Assembly: GCA_030018265.1 (NCBI GenBank)
Contig: JASEFX010000006.1
Location: 23,476 to 87,475 of the forward strand
Origin: Candidatus Saccharicenans sp.
GTDB taxonomy: Bacteria; Acidobacteriota; Aminicenantia; Aminicenantales; Saccharicenantaceae
Direction of reading: 5' to 3'
Length of the DNA: 64,000 nucleotides
The position numbers and the translations under genes are program-made. Under the pieces are notes generated by a model. It was given only the letters and a program-made list of their open reading frames with translations. It did no database searches and was not told the origin of the DNA. Below are positions 1 through 10,413 of this stretch, one piece after another. The first letter of the stretch is position 1; each line of letters starts with the position of its first letter.

Positions 1-1996
1 CCGACCGACTGTATTCGCCCGCAATTTCAAGTCTTTCCAGTTTGAAAGTTTCAGCCATAGCATCTGTCAGCTCCACTCTGAACTCCGCCCTGGGACTGGC
101 TGAAGTGCCGCTGAAGGTGGCTGAACCAGAAAGAAAACCGTTGAGGAATTGCCTGGATTCTTCAGGCAGCAACCCGGCAAATTGCGCCAGATCAACCCGG
201 GAAATCTCCAGCCGGCCTTCAATCGCCAGGGGCATACTGCCGCCTGGAACAAGAGCCCTGGCTTTTCCTTCAGCTTTGATTTCTCCGCGCGGAAACTCTA
301 AGAGAAACTGGCTGAGCTCAATTCTGCTCAGATCACCTGAAGCCTTAATTGCCATCAACCCCGGACCGGTCTGCCGAAAAGCCAGGTCCTGCGCACGAAA
401 ACTGGTTCTGAAATAAGGCGAGCTCAATTTCCCTGAGACTTCAGCTTCCAGAATAGCCGAGCCCCCGAGCTCGCTGAGTCTGGCAAAAAGCGCCGGTTCC
501 AATCCGAAGGTTTCAACCAGACCGCTAGCGCTGATCGTCCGGATAAAATTTTTCACATCATCCAGACGAAGGCTGAATTTCGCTTCCATCTGCTGAAAGT
601 CTCTGAGATCTCCGCGCAGGTCAACTTTCGCGCCGGGAACTTCCAGGTTAATTCTTTCTGCTTCAAGCAGACGGCGGTCATACCTCAGTTGAAGAAGGCC
701 GCTCACCGGAAGCGCTGACCCTTTTTGCTTTTCTGGCAACGCGATTTTTCTGCGGGGTTCCAGACTGAGTTTCAGCTGACCGCGAAGAGATTCCGGGGAA
801 ATTTCCTGAGCATCAAGCTCGACCCGACCGCTGGCAGCTGAAGAAATTTCCACTGGAAACTCCGGCACTAAAACAGAAAGGCGCGAGAGGTCAATGCGCT
901 GAAGTTCTAGAAGACCACTGAATCTCCCCTTTAAGGCTGGAGGAACACTGGCTTCCAGAAGCACCAGGCTTTCCTGCCACTTAACCTGGCCTCTGATTTC
1001 GGTGCGCTTCTCTTCATTTTTTAATTCAAGCCGAAGATCAAGCGGTTCCAGACCGTAAAGATTCAAAGTGGAACCTTCGATTTCGCCAGAAATTTCCGGC
1101 AGGCCGATTGTGCCGCCCAGGTTTAACTTCCAGTGAACCTTTCCTGAAACTCTGTTCCCCGACTGAAGAAAGCGGTCTATCTCAGATAAGCTCAGATGAC
1201 CGGTGGTTTTTAGTTTCAATCCGGGATCGCCGGCGTAATCAACGATTTCCCCGGAGAGAGAGAAAAGCGAATCTTCCGTACTCAGAGAAAATTCTTCCAG
1301 CCTGATATCATCCCGACCGAGCCAGGCTTCGAATTTCAGCCGGACCGGCTGAAGTTTTCCCTGCCGATAATCTAAGGTTCCTGAATCGTTTTTCAGCGAA
1401 ATCCGATGGGCTGAGCTTTCAGCTTGATAGACAACCGAGGCCTCAAGACCGGAAAACGCAAAAGAAAGCGGAATTTCTCGCTCCTCAAGAGATAAGGTTC
1501 CTCCGGTGAGCAAAAGTCTGTCAATCCTGAAAGAAAACGGACCTGAAGCTGCAGGCTCCGGTTGACTTTCTGAAACTTGTTTCTCTTCAGCCGCCTTTTT
1601 CAGAGCGATTTTTATTTTCGGTCCGGTTATTTCCAGGTTTTTAATCCGTACCTCTCCTCCGGTGATCGTCGACCAGCCGCTCTGGAAAACGAGTCGCTCG
1701 CAGGAAAAGCTTTCCAGCGGCACTGACGCCCCGGCGCCTGAAGTGAGCTGCACTTTCTGAAGCGACAGTTTGAGCTTGAAAATATTGACCTTAACCCGGG
1801 AGGCCTGAAGGATCAATCCGGTTTTTTCCTCGATTATTCTACCGGCTTTTTTCAGAAGGAATTTTCCTCCGCTTGAGGTCTGAAGCACCAGGCCGCTCAG
1901 TACGAGAACCAGAATTAAACCCAGCAGGTACCAGACAGTTATTCTTAAAAACCTGAATAAAATATGTTTTCTATTCCCACTGATTTCTTTTTTCAT
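1..1996 (-). CDS. AsmA/TamB-like outer-membrane assembly protein, N-terminal ~665 codons only (gene runs off the left edge)
   Basis: Absent from the ORF track because no stop lies in the window. My own translation from ATG at 1996-1994 gives MKKEISGNRKHILFRFLRITVWYLLGLILVLVLSGLVLQ (N-terminal membrane anchor). The segments I translated by hand in this frame (1996 to ~1480, ~1320-1260, 58-2) contain no stop and give repetitive beta-strand-like sequence (e.g. LGRDDIRLEEFSLSTEDSLFSLSGEIVDY). The other frames here hold only short ORFs. Family assignment is by architecture, not by a diagnostic motif. Confidence 0.6.
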   Translation of the reverse strand, partial: MKKEISGNRKHILFRFLRITVWYLLGLILVLVLSGLVLQTSSGGKFLLKKAGRIIEEKTGLILQASRVKVNIFKLKLSLQKVQLTSGAGASVPLESFSCERLVFQSGWSTITGGEVRIKNLEITGPKIKIALKKAAEEKQVSESQPEPAASGPFSFRIDRLLLTGGTLSLEEREIPLSFAFSGLEASVVYQAESSAHRISLKNDSGTLDYRQGKLQPVRLKFEAWLGRDDIRLEEFSLSTEDSLFSLSGEIVDYAGDPGLKLKTTGHLSLSEIDRFLQSGNRVSGKVHWKLNLGGTIGLPEISGEIEGSTLNLYGLEPLDLRLELKNEEKRTEIRGQVKWQESLVLLEASVPPALKGRFSGLLELQRIDLSRLSVLVPEFPVEISSAASGRVELDAQEISPESLRGQLKLSLEPRRKIALPEKQKGSALPVSGLLQLRYDRRLLEAERINLEVPGAKVDLRGDLRDFQQMEAKFSLRLDDVKNFIRTISASGLVETFGLEPALFARLSELGGSAILEAEVSGKLSSPYFRTSFRAQDLAFRQTGPGLMAIKASGDLSRIELSQFLLEFPRGEIKAEGKARALVPGGSMPLAIEGRLEISRVDLAQFAGLLPEESRQFLNGFLSGSATFSGTSASPRAEFRVELTDAMAETFKLERLEIAGEYSRS

Positions 1997-2199
1997 GTAT
2001 TAAATTATAAATGCGAGCAGAAATTGATTCAATCAGTAAAATTCATCTGCACATGCGGATTCCGTCGGACTTTCTTCAATGGAAGGAAATGCTCTGGACC
2101 GGGCGGTGCGCCTCGCTATTTTAATCACCGCAGGCCATCGCTCGAAACTGGTGCTGGTTTTCCTGGCTTCGGCGAGTCTGCCAGGTTGAACGAAAAACC

Positions 2200-3348
2200 T
2201 CAGACAATCAATCTTGGAATGAAAGGGTTGATTCTGGTGACGATTTCATAATTTATCGTTCCGGCCAGAGCGGCCAGCTGGTCGGCGGTAATTTTATCGC
2301 GCCCATCGCTCCCGATCAGAGTTACCGTATCTTCCAGACTCACATCGGGAATATCAGTAATATCAGCCATGATAAAATCCATGCAGACCCGGCCGCGCAC
2401 CTGAGCTCTTTTTCCCTTCACCAGAACGTAGGCAGCATTGGAGAGGCTGCGATCATAACCATCGTAGTACCCTACCGGAATGACCGCGAGTTTCGTCGGT
2501 CTGGTCGTGCGATAGGTGCATCCATAACCAACATAAGCCCCGCGGGGAACTGACTTTACCTGGGCAATCTTAGCCTTCCAGCCAAGCACCGGTTTCAGTT
2601 TTAACGGCTGCTGACCGCGCAGACGACAGGAAACCAGAGTCTCTCTGGACGGCCAGAGCCCGTAAAGGCCAATTCCCACCCTGGCCAGATTGAAATAAGT
2701 TTCGGGAAATAGAATCGCGGCCGCCGAGCAGGACATATGTCTAACCGGAATCTTTATCCCCAGCTCTTCCGCCACCTTCAGCGCCTGAAGAAAATTATTA
2801 AGCTGATATTTAGGATAAATATCGTCGGTGGTGTCCTCGATGTTGGCAAAATGAGAGGAAAAACCTTCGATCAACACCTCCGGGTGCTTGTGGCTCATCC
2901 GGAGAAAGGAACCGAGTTTGCCGACAGGAATTCCCTGACGGTTTGTGCCGGTTTCTATTTTAACGTGAACTAAAGCCGGTCTTTTCATTTTTCTGGCAGC
3001 TCTGGCCAGAGCCTCAAGCGTCTCGGAATTGTAGACGGTAACCCTGAGGTCTCCCTGAACGGCATCTTCCGCGCCTGCCAGCGGCAGATATCCGAGTACC
3101 AGAATTTTCTGTCTGAAACCAGCCTGTCTGAGGGTTAAACCCTCTTCCAGGCTGTGGACTCCAAACCAGCCGATACCGGCTTCCTCTGCAAGTCCGGCTA
3201 TCTCCTTTAATCCGTGGCCGTAGGCATTTGCCTTTATCACCGCCATGAGCTCGGTCTTTCCCAGGCGCTTTCGGAACTCCGCCACATTGTGGAAAAAAGC
3301 CCGGCGGTTTATTTCAACCCACTGAACAAGTTTATTATCCGGCTTCAT
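2200..3348 (-). CDS. alr: alanine racemase
   Basis: 382-aa ORF with the PLP-lysine motif AVIKANAYGHG near the N-terminus and typical alanine racemase length and layout; stop codon is TGA. Confidence 0.9.
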   Translation of the reverse strand: MKPDNKLVQWVEINRRAFFHNVAEFRKRLGKTELMAVIKANAYGHGLKEIAGLAEEAGIGWFGVHSLEEGLTLRQAGFRQKILVLGYLPLAGAEDAVQGDLRVTVYNSETLEALARAARKMKRPALVHVKIETGTNRQGIPVGKLGSFLRMSHKHPEVLIEGFSSHFANIEDTTDDIYPKYQLNNFLQALKVAEELGIKIPVRHMSCSAAAILFPETYFNLARVGIGLYGLWPSRETLVSCRLRGQQPLKLKPVLGWKAKIAQVKSVPRGAYVGYGCTYRTTRPTKLAVIPVGYYDGYDRSLSNAAYVLVKGKRAQVRGRVCMDFIMADITDIPDVSLEDTVTLIGSDGRDKITADQLAALAGTINYEIVTRINPFIPRLIV

Positions 3349-3375
3349 GGCTTTTTGATTTTTTTGAAATTTTTC

Positions 3376-4698
3376 TCAGCCCAGAATTTTCGCCCGCTCG
3401 CCCAGAATTTTTTCAAATTGTTCCCGGCGGTAGACGATATCGGCTCTTTCCACCCCGGTGGAAATCAAGCCAACCTCAGTTTCCAGGTTATCCTCCAGCC
3501 AGTTCAGGTAGTCGAGAAAACCTGAGGGCATTTCCGAAAAATCGTGCGCTCGATGAATTGAACCCCTCCATACAGGAAAAGAGCGGTAGAGCGGTTCAAC
3601 CCGTTCGAGCATCCAGGCATCAGAAGGAAAATCTTTTAAGACTTCTCCTCTGTAACGATAGGCATAACAGGCTTTAATCTCCACCAGGCCTTCGAGAACG
3701 TCCGGCTTAGTAAGAGCGATCAGGTCGACCCCGTTTATCCGGCAGGCGTAGCGAACAGCCACCGCATCAAACCAGCCGCACCTCCGCGGCCGTCCGGTGG
3801 TGGCTCCAAATTCGTCGCCCCTCCTGGCGATAATCGCGCCGTTCTCATCTTTGAGCTCGGTCGGAAAAGGTCCGCTCCCCACCCGCGTGGTGTATGCTTT
3901 GGTTATTCCGAGCACACCATCAACCTTTTTCGGGCTCAACCCGAGCCCGGTGCACACACCGCCGGCAGTGGAACTGGACGAGGTGACGTAAGGGTAAGTT
4001 CCATGATCCAGATCCAGCAGCGCGCCCTGAGCTCCTTCAAACAGCACCCATTTCCCGTTCGCTATCTGAGAATCCAGAAAAGCAGAGACATCAGCCACAT
4101 AAGGAGCCAGTCTCTCTCCCAGAATTCTGTATTCTTCAAAAATTTCTGCGGCCGAAAGAGCCGGATATCCAAAAGCTTCGAGAATACGGTTTTTCAGCCT
4201 CAAGCTGTCTTCGATTTTTTCCTTCAAAATTTCAGGCTCGAGGAGGTCACCCACCCTTATTCCCCAGCGAGCAGCTTTATCCTCATAGCAGGGGCCGATA
4301 CCCCGGCAGGTGGTTCCGATCATCTTTTCTCCCCGTGTGCTTTCAGAAATTTTTTCCAGCAGCGGATGGTAAGGCATAATCACCTGAGCCGCCCGGCTGA
4401 CCAGAAGACGCTCCGGGGATACATCCACTCCCAGAGATTTCAGGTCATCTATTTCCTTAAAAAAAGCCCGGGGACTGAACACCAGGCCGTTCCCGATGAC
4501 ACAGACCTTATCTGGATGCAGAATGCCCGAGGGAATAAGATGCAGAACGATTTTTTTTCCCTGCAGATAAACGGTGTGGCCGGCGTTATGTCCGCCCTGG
4601 TACCTGGCCACAATCTCAAAAGCCGGCGCCAGAAAGTCAACTATTTTGCCCTTGCCCTCATCTCCCCACTGAGTGCCGAGCACCAGAAGATTGGCCAT
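3376..4698 (-). CDS. purA: adenylosuccinate synthetase
   Basis: 440-aa ORF with GTQWGDEGKGKIVD P-loop, GNGLV and TTCRGIGPCYEDK motifs. Confidence 0.95.
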   Translation of the reverse strand: MANLLVLGTQWGDEGKGKIVDFLAPAFEIVARYQGGHNAGHTVYLQGKKIVLHLIPSGILHPDKVCVIGNGLVFSPRAFFKEIDDLKSLGVDVSPERLLVSRAAQVIMPYHPLLEKISESTRGEKMIGTTCRGIGPCYEDKAARWGIRVGDLLEPEILKEKIEDSLRLKNRILEAFGYPALSAAEIFEEYRILGERLAPYVADVSAFLDSQIANGKWVLFEGAQGALLDLDHGTYPYVTSSSSTAGGVCTGLGLSPKKVDGVLGITKAYTTRVGSGPFPTELKDENGAIIARRGDEFGATTGRPRRCGWFDAVAVRYACRINGVDLIALTKPDVLEGLVEIKACYAYRYRGEVLKDFPSDAWMLERVEPLYRSFPVWRGSIHRAHDFSEMPSGFLDYLNWLEDNLETEVGLISTGVERADIVYRREQFEKILGERAKILG

Positions 4699-4784
4699 GC
4701 TATCACCTTAAACTTTAAGTATTCATAAATCTCCAGCCAGAAACCTTCGGTATTCTATCAGAATTTGAAAGTCCCTTAAAGTCT

Positions 4785-5810
4785 TCAGAAAGCAAAGCCC
4801 AGCTGGAAGAGAAGCATGTTATCCTTCAATTTCACATTCTGTTCTTTATTCCAGTCATATTCGAACTTGGCAAAAAAAACTGAAGCCAGGTCAAGTCTCA
4901 GGCCGACAGCCGACCTGGTCTTCTTTTTCATGGAATTAAAAAAAATGTTCAGCGGAGGCGCCTGTTCATCATCTATCACATCGTCCGGAAGGTCAGACTT
5001 CTGATAGCTGTAATAAAGCCGAAAATTCTTGAACAGCATGCTCACTGTAAGGTAATAGCCGTCAAAATTTATTTTCTGGTTGAGATAGGGATGGTCATAG
5101 GCAGCCTGGATGTATTCTCCCCGGACTTCCCACTCAGGAGTAACCCAGATTAAATCAACACCTTTGAATTGAACATCCTTCGTCCCGTCAGGATCGTATT
5201 TGCCGGTGTAGAAGGAGCCACCAAGTTCAGCCCCCTGCCCGAACCTGATAGCCAGCCGGCTGCCGATTCCTTTATCTTTGTTGTTGTCGATGAAAGATGT
5301 CCGCAGATAACCCTCGGAGCCGGGCGCCAGGTCCGCCTGCAACCCGTTCACCAGATAAGCAGAAAAATTGAAAAAGCTCAGGTCTCCCTGCCAGCAAATT
5401 CCCAGGTCATGCCATCGATAGGGGAAAAAATGGAAAACCAGCGGCCGGAAGACCGTCGGGTTTTCATGCGGGCGGGCTGACCAGTTGTACCGGCCGAACG
5501 GAATTTCAAACAGACCGAACTTCAGGTTGAGAAACCTGCTGCCATGAAAACTGAGGAAGGCCTGAGCGACCTTAAAGAAGCCCTGAAGCTCCATCCTGCC
5601 TTCAGCCGCAAAACTGAGCTTGCCGTAAACAGTTCCAGAAAGGCTCAGACCACCGTTAAAATTGGCAAACGTACCAGGAGGATAGTATCCCTCGCTCTGG
5701 CTCTTAAGATATTCAAAGGAAAAGTAGCCTCCGGGTTTAACCTGAGCTTTCAGACACAACCCGAGCAAAAAAAAGATTAAAAACGCTGAAAAGATTTTTC
5801 GAATTCCCAT
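4785..5810 (-). CDS. putative outer-membrane beta-barrel porin
   Basis: The track ORF 4785..5888 overlaps the upstream gene. The internal Met at 5810 gives the signal peptide MGIRKIFSAFLIFFLLGLCLKAQ. Sequence is Y/F/G-rich with an alternating pattern and ends in FQLGFAF (terminal Phe, OMP beta-signal). The porin family is not identified. Confidence 0.55.
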   Translation of the reverse strand: MGIRKIFSAFLIFFLLGLCLKAQVKPGGYFSFEYLKSQSEGYYPPGTFANFNGGLSLSGTVYGKLSFAAEGRMELQGFFKVAQAFLSFHGSRFLNLKFGLFEIPFGRYNWSARPHENPTVFRPLVFHFFPYRWHDLGICWQGDLSFFNFSAYLVNGLQADLAPGSEGYLRTSFIDNNKDKGIGSRLAIRFGQGAELGGSFYTGKYDPDGTKDVQFKGVDLIWVTPEWEVRGEYIQAAYDHPYLNQKINFDGYYLTVSMLFKNFRLYYSYQKSDLPDDVIDDEQAPPLNIFFNSMKKKTRSAVGLRLDLASVFFAKFEYDWNKEQNVKLKDNMLLFQLGFAF

Positions 5811-5841
5811 TTTTCGCCCCGTTGAGCAAATTAACCAGCTC

Positions 5842-7062
5842 TTAAACTGGCTGATCAAAAATAACCGAAAAATCAAAACCTTCCTCAAGAATCACGTTCT
5901 TATACTGATTTATCTTCTTTCCCGACTGCACCAGGCGGGCAATTTCCTGAGCGCCTTTTCTCGTGCCAAACCAGACAGCTCCGACCACCCGATCATCCTT
6001 TAACACGAGCTTTTTGTATATACCGGACTCGGGGCGGTAACTGGAGACGATTTCAAAACCGTCCCCTTCAGGAGATATCAGCCCGACCGAGGTGAGATAA
6101 ATTCCGGCCACCTTCAGGGTGCTGAAGGGAACTGTCCCTTCATAACGTTTCTCCTGACCGCAGAGGTTATAAGCCAGAGCCCTCGCCTGTTCAAAGGCCG
6201 CCGGGATCAGACCGTAAACCCTCCCCCGATGTTCAGCGACATCGCCTATGGCATAAATTCGATCGCATCCGGTCCGGAGATAATCATCTACCACCACCCC
6301 GCTTGAACAGGGCAGTCCAGCAGCCTGAGCCAGTTCCAGTCTGGGCTTCACTCCGGAAGCAAAAATTACCGCTTCTGCCGGTATCATCCGCCCGTCCTGC
6401 AAACGCACCGCCCTGACCTGTCCGTCACCGACAATTTCAGCCGCCTGCTGACCCGTGTAGAATTTAAGACCGATGGCTTCAAAATAAGATTGAAGCATCC
6501 TGGCACCGGTTTCGTCCAGTTGCCGTGGAAGAAGTCTCGGGAAAACCTCAACCACCGAAATGCGGTCGAGTCCCCTGAGACTCAGCGCCCGGGCTATTTC
6601 CAGACCGAGAAGTCCCCCTCCAAGGATGGCTACCTGCGGCCTCAGGTGAACGTAATCTAAAAGGCCGAGCACATCGTCAAGAGTCCGGACAGTAAAAATC
6701 CCCCTTAAATCATTTCCCGGAACCTGGGGCACCGACGGACGGGCGCCGGTAGCCAGCACCAGATGGTCTGCCTTCAGCCGGCTTCCGTCTGCCAGCTCAA
6801 TGGCCCGGTCGGCGGGGTCAACAGATAACACGCGTTGTCCGAGCCTCAGTTCAAGCCTCTGCCTTTCAGCCCAGTTTTCCCCGAAAGCGAAAACCTTTTC
6901 CAGCGGAATCAGACCGGCGAGAAAATCGATCAGATTCGGACGCGGATAATAAGGATGGGGTTCCTCGCTGACTATGGTTATTTCAGCCTGAGAATCGAGC
7001 TCTCTGATGGTCTTGCCACAGATCGTGCCGGCCACTCCATTTCCCACGATCACTATTTTCAT
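5842..7062 (-). CDS. FAD-dependent pyridine nucleotide-disulfide oxidoreductase, NADH:rubredoxin oxidoreductase-like
   Basis: 406 aa with two dinucleotide-binding motifs (IVIVGNGVAGT and VAILGGGLLGLE) plus IYAIGDVAE. It lies 45 nt downstream of a rubredoxin gene on the same strand. Confidence 0.8.
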   Translation of the reverse strand: MKIVIVGNGVAGTICGKTIRELDSQAEITIVSEEPHPYYPRPNLIDFLAGLIPLEKVFAFGENWAERQRLELRLGQRVLSVDPADRAIELADGSRLKADHLVLATGARPSVPQVPGNDLRGIFTVRTLDDVLGLLDYVHLRPQVAILGGGLLGLEIARALSLRGLDRISVVEVFPRLLPRQLDETGARMLQSYFEAIGLKFYTGQQAAEIVGDGQVRAVRLQDGRMIPAEAVIFASGVKPRLELAQAAGLPCSSGVVVDDYLRTGCDRIYAIGDVAEHRGRVYGLIPAAFEQARALAYNLCGQEKRYEGTVPFSTLKVAGIYLTSVGLISPEGDGFEIVSSYRPESGIYKKLVLKDDRVVGAVWFGTRKGAQEIARLVQSGKKINQYKNVILEEGFDFSVIFDQPV

Positions 7063-7106
7063 TTTTTAATCTTTTTCCCTTCTTGCTATTTCCACAACCA
7101 GGGCTT

Positions 7107-7268
7107 CTATTCCATTTTCTGGAAAAATTCTTTACCCACCCCGCATTGCGGACAGACCCAGTTGTCTGGAAGCGATTCAAACGGAGTTCCCGGCGGAATG
7201 TTGTTGTCGGAATCTCCAAGTTCCGGGTCATAGATATACCCGCAAGCCGTGCATTCCCATTTTTCCAT
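7107..7268 (-). CDS. rubredoxin (53 aa)
   Basis: Below the ORF-track size cutoff. Hand translation of the minus strand gives [53 protein letters not shown], with the two CxxCG knuckles (CTACG, CPQCG) and conserved W/Y/F residues of rubredoxin. ATG at 7268-7266, TAG at 7109-7107. Confidence 0.88.
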   Translation of the reverse strand: MEKWECTACGYIYDPELGDSDNNIPPGTPFESLPDNWVCPQCGVGKEFFQKME

Positions 7269-7314
7269 TCTGTGCCTCCTCTATTATTTAGCTCAATTAT
7301 ATCCGATAAAAAAA

Positions 7315-9525
7315 TTAAAACAAACGCAAAACTGGCTCCCGACCCAGGCTCACTTCAATAATTCTTTCTTTAAGGCGGCTGTTTCTCTGGATCGGTCTAT
7401 CATTTTTAATGGCGATATGAAGCGCCCGGTAAGACCCGATGATCACGCTCAATTTTCTCGCCCGGGTTAAGGCGGTGTAAAAAAGATTCCTCTGGAGCAT
7501 GATGTAATGCTGAGTGAGAAGGGGCATGACCACCGCCTGGTATTCATTACCCTGAGCTTTATGAACTGAAATGGCATAGGCTAAAACCAGGTCAGCCAGT
7601 TCATCCTTCTCATAAAAAACCAGCCGCCCGTCAAAATCCACCAGCAAACCGAACCTTTCCGGGTCCACCTGAGCCACAATTCCCAGGTCTCCGTTAAAAA
7701 CTTCTTTCTCGTAATCGTTTCTGATCTGCATCACCTTGTCGCCGACCCGAAATTCTTTCTGTCCGACCTTCAGGCCGGCAGAACCGGGGTTGAGCAGCTT
7801 CTGCAGCTCCTGATTGAGGTTATCCACCCCGACCAGACCGCGGTACATCGGAGTTATTACCTGAATCCGGGTGGAAAGCGGATTAAGCTTCAGGCGCCTC
7901 GGAATGTTCTCCCTGCATAGCTTAAGTATGAGCTTGAGCACCTTTTCCTCATCTTCCTGCGGAATGAAATAAAAATCCGCATTCGGATCCTTTCGTCCGG
8001 GATAGATCGGAGGCTGTCCCTGGTTGATGCGATGGGCGTTGACCACTATCAGACTTTCCCGCGCCTGCCGGAAGATTTCATCCAGCCTGATGACCTCGAC
8101 CAGACCGGAATCGATCAGGTCCCGGAGCAGATTTCCGGGGCCGACCGGAGGCAGCTGATCCTTATCGCCGACCAGGATGAGTCTCATTACGGAAGACACC
8201 GCTCGAAGCAGATGATACATCAGCGGCAGGTCAACCATCGACACTTCATCCACGATCAACGCTTCACCCCGCAGCGGATAAGCTGGACCTCTTCTGAAAC
8301 GATTTTCTTCCGGCAGATATTCCAGCAAACGATGAATCGTTCTGGCTTCCCGTCCGGTAGCTTCAGCCAGACGCTTCGCCGCTCTGCCGGTCGGAGCCGC
8401 CAGCAGGATTCTTTTCTGCCAGCTTTCAAAAATCTCCACTATGGCTCTGACGATGGTTGTTTTTCCCGTTCCGGGCCCGCCGGTGATGATGAGAATTTTT
8501 TTCTGAAAGCTGCTGGTGATGGCCTTTTTCTGCTGCTCGGAAAACCTCAGGCCGGTTCTCTTCTCAATTTCGGCAATCCTCAATTCCAGGTCAAAATCAG
8601 GACGCGGAGCAGGTTCTGTCGCCAGACGGTTGATGATCCGGGCTATTTCTTCTTCCGCCTGAAGGAAGAAAGGCAGATAAAGGGCAACTTTTCCGTTCAT
8701 TTCTTCCCTTATCAGAGAGCGGCTGTTAACCAGATCCTTCAGAGCTTCTTCCACTTTTGGCAGACCGACCTGAAGATCCTGGCAGCACCTTTCCCTTACT
8801 TCCGTTTCTTCCGAAAAAACATGCCCCTGTTCGTTATCGGTTTCCAGGAGATAAAGGATGTAAGCTTTCACTCTTTCCAGAGAATCGGGTGGCAGGCCGA
8901 GTTTCAGGGCGATTTGATCGGCTGTCTTGAAACCTATCCCGCGAATATCAAGGCATAGCTGGTATGGATTGCGTTTGAGAATTTCAAAAGAAGCCTGCCC
9001 GTAAGTTCTGTAAATTTTATAAGCCAGAGTGGTCGACACGTTATGGGCCTGAAGGAAAATAATCAGGTCCCTGATATCCCGGTGAGCTTCCCACGATTTA
9101 AGAATTTCGGCCAGCTTTTTGCTGCCGACCCCCTCAACTTCTCTTAACTTCTCCGGCGATTCGTTCAAAATTTTTACCGTGTTCTCTCCGAATTTTTCCA
9201 CTATCCGCCGGGCAAGCACCGGCCCTATGCCTTTGATCAGTCCTGAAGCCAGGAATCTTTCCACTCCCCTGACCGAACCCGGCAGGGTCAGGGTGAAGGA
9301 TTCCATCTGAAAACGGGGACCAAAACGGGAATTTTTCTCCCAGCGACCGGTGATTTTCAGACACTCGCCGGGAGATAACGGCGGAAAATTTCCTACGACC
9401 GTGCTTTCTCCGGTTTCTGTTCTTATCCGGAAAACGGTATAACCGTTTTCCGGGTTGTAATATATGATCTGTTCGACAGTCCCCTCAAGGCACTCCATGG
9501 ATTCCGGTTTATATTCTGCGGGCAT
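7315..9525 (-). CDS. recD2: RecD2-type SF1B ATP-dependent DNA helicase
   Basis: 736 aa with an N-terminal OB/HhH region, Walker A ITGGPGTGKTT, LILVGDKDQLPPVGPG, and a C-terminal AYAISVHKAQGNEY motif. Confidence 0.9.
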   Translation of the reverse strand: MPAEYKPESMECLEGTVEQIIYYNPENGYTVFRIRTETGESTVVGNFPPLSPGECLKITGRWEKNSRFGPRFQMESFTLTLPGSVRGVERFLASGLIKGIGPVLARRIVEKFGENTVKILNESPEKLREVEGVGSKKLAEILKSWEAHRDIRDLIIFLQAHNVSTTLAYKIYRTYGQASFEILKRNPYQLCLDIRGIGFKTADQIALKLGLPPDSLERVKAYILYLLETDNEQGHVFSEETEVRERCCQDLQVGLPKVEEALKDLVNSRSLIREEMNGKVALYLPFFLQAEEEIARIINRLATEPAPRPDFDLELRIAEIEKRTGLRFSEQQKKAITSSFQKKILIITGGPGTGKTTIVRAIVEIFESWQKRILLAAPTGRAAKRLAEATGREARTIHRLLEYLPEENRFRRGPAYPLRGEALIVDEVSMVDLPLMYHLLRAVSSVMRLILVGDKDQLPPVGPGNLLRDLIDSGLVEVIRLDEIFRQARESLIVVNAHRINQGQPPIYPGRKDPNADFYFIPQEDEEKVLKLILKLCRENIPRRLKLNPLSTRIQVITPMYRGLVGVDNLNQELQKLLNPGSAGLKVGQKEFRVGDKVMQIRNDYEKEVFNGDLGIVAQVDPERFGLLVDFDGRLVFYEKDELADLVLAYAISVHKAQGNEYQAVVMPLLTQHYIMLQRNLFYTALTRARKLSVIIGSYRALHIAIKNDRPIQRNSRLKERIIEVSLGREPVLRLF

Positions 9526-9526
9526 T

Positions 9527-10324
9527 TCAACCAGCTTTCAAAATTACCGGGTCTCCCGGACCCAGACCGAGAAACTCAGCCGCTGACCTCTGGAAAACAG
9601 CTATTTCCAGAAGTCCGAGACTGTTGATCAAAAAAAACGGACGGCCAGCGCTGGCTGATGAGTAAGAGGCAGCCATTTCGGTAATTTTCCTCTTCCCGGC
9701 AAGAAGCACAGGGCTTGCTCCACTATTTTTTTTCAGGAATTCCACGATAAGCGGCTGGCTGATACTGGTTATCAAATTTCCGAATTTATCACAGTACAGG
9801 ACAAGGCCTCGAATTTCCCGGTCCTCGATTACCGGTTCAGCCACATCAAGAACAACCGGGTGGTCGGTCGGGCGTCCGATTTCCGTCAGCGGAACTCCCA
9901 GACTCAACCAGGCCGCGGCCGGCGCCATCCGGTCGCGGCCTTCAAAGCTGGTCCTTTTTTCCGTCAGAAAATACTTGTTCCCGACCACTTCATAAATTTC
10001 GGCATTTTCTTCACGAAAGATCAGCGACAGCACACCATTATCAGGAGCGATAAAATAATGTTTACTTCCTTTCGCCAGGAGAATCCGTCTTTCGCTTCCC
10101 ACTCCCGGGTCGACCACGGTCAAAAAAATCGTTCCTCGAGGGAAAAAACGAAAACAGGCCCAGAGTACGAAACCAGCTGCCAGAAGATTGTAATCGGGAA
10201 CTTCGTGAGTGATATCAACAATGGTGCAGCCTGGATTTATCGATAGAATCACACCTTTGAGAGAAGCCACAAAATAATCCCGCAGGCCAAAATCGGTAAG
10301 AATAGATATCAGCCCTCTGTTCAT
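9527..10324 (-). CDS. SAM hydroxide adenosyltransferase / SAM hydrolase family protein (DUF62)
   Basis: 265 aa. The N-terminal ILTDFGLRDYFVASLKGVI resembles the conserved TDFG..D.Y motif of this family. Its stop is 1 nt before the recD2 start. Confidence 0.75.
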   Translation of the reverse strand: MNRGLISILTDFGLRDYFVASLKGVILSINPGCTIVDITHEVPDYNLLAAGFVLWACFRFFPRGTIFLTVVDPGVGSERRILLAKGSKHYFIAPDNGVLSLIFREENAEIYEVVGNKYFLTEKRTSFEGRDRMAPAAAWLSLGVPLTEIGRPTDHPVVLDVAEPVIEDREIRGLVLYCDKFGNLITSISQPLIVEFLKKNSGASPVLLAGKRKITEMAASYSSASAGRPFFLINSLGLLEIAVFQRSAAEFLGLGPGDPVILKAG

Positions 10325-10413
10325 GACGGCGATTTTCCCGGGTATTAAATCCGGTCTTCATAATATTATTGCAGTCAGTCAGAAGGGTCAATATTTTTTT
10401 CAGGCAGGGCCGT

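Noticed and set aside
42-1305. Short plus- and minus-strand ORFs from the track (42-416, 67-252, 1108-1305, 1964-2251).
   Set aside because: All lie within or antisense to the edge-truncated AsmA/TamB-like reading frame (start at 1996). None has a motif or an RBS.
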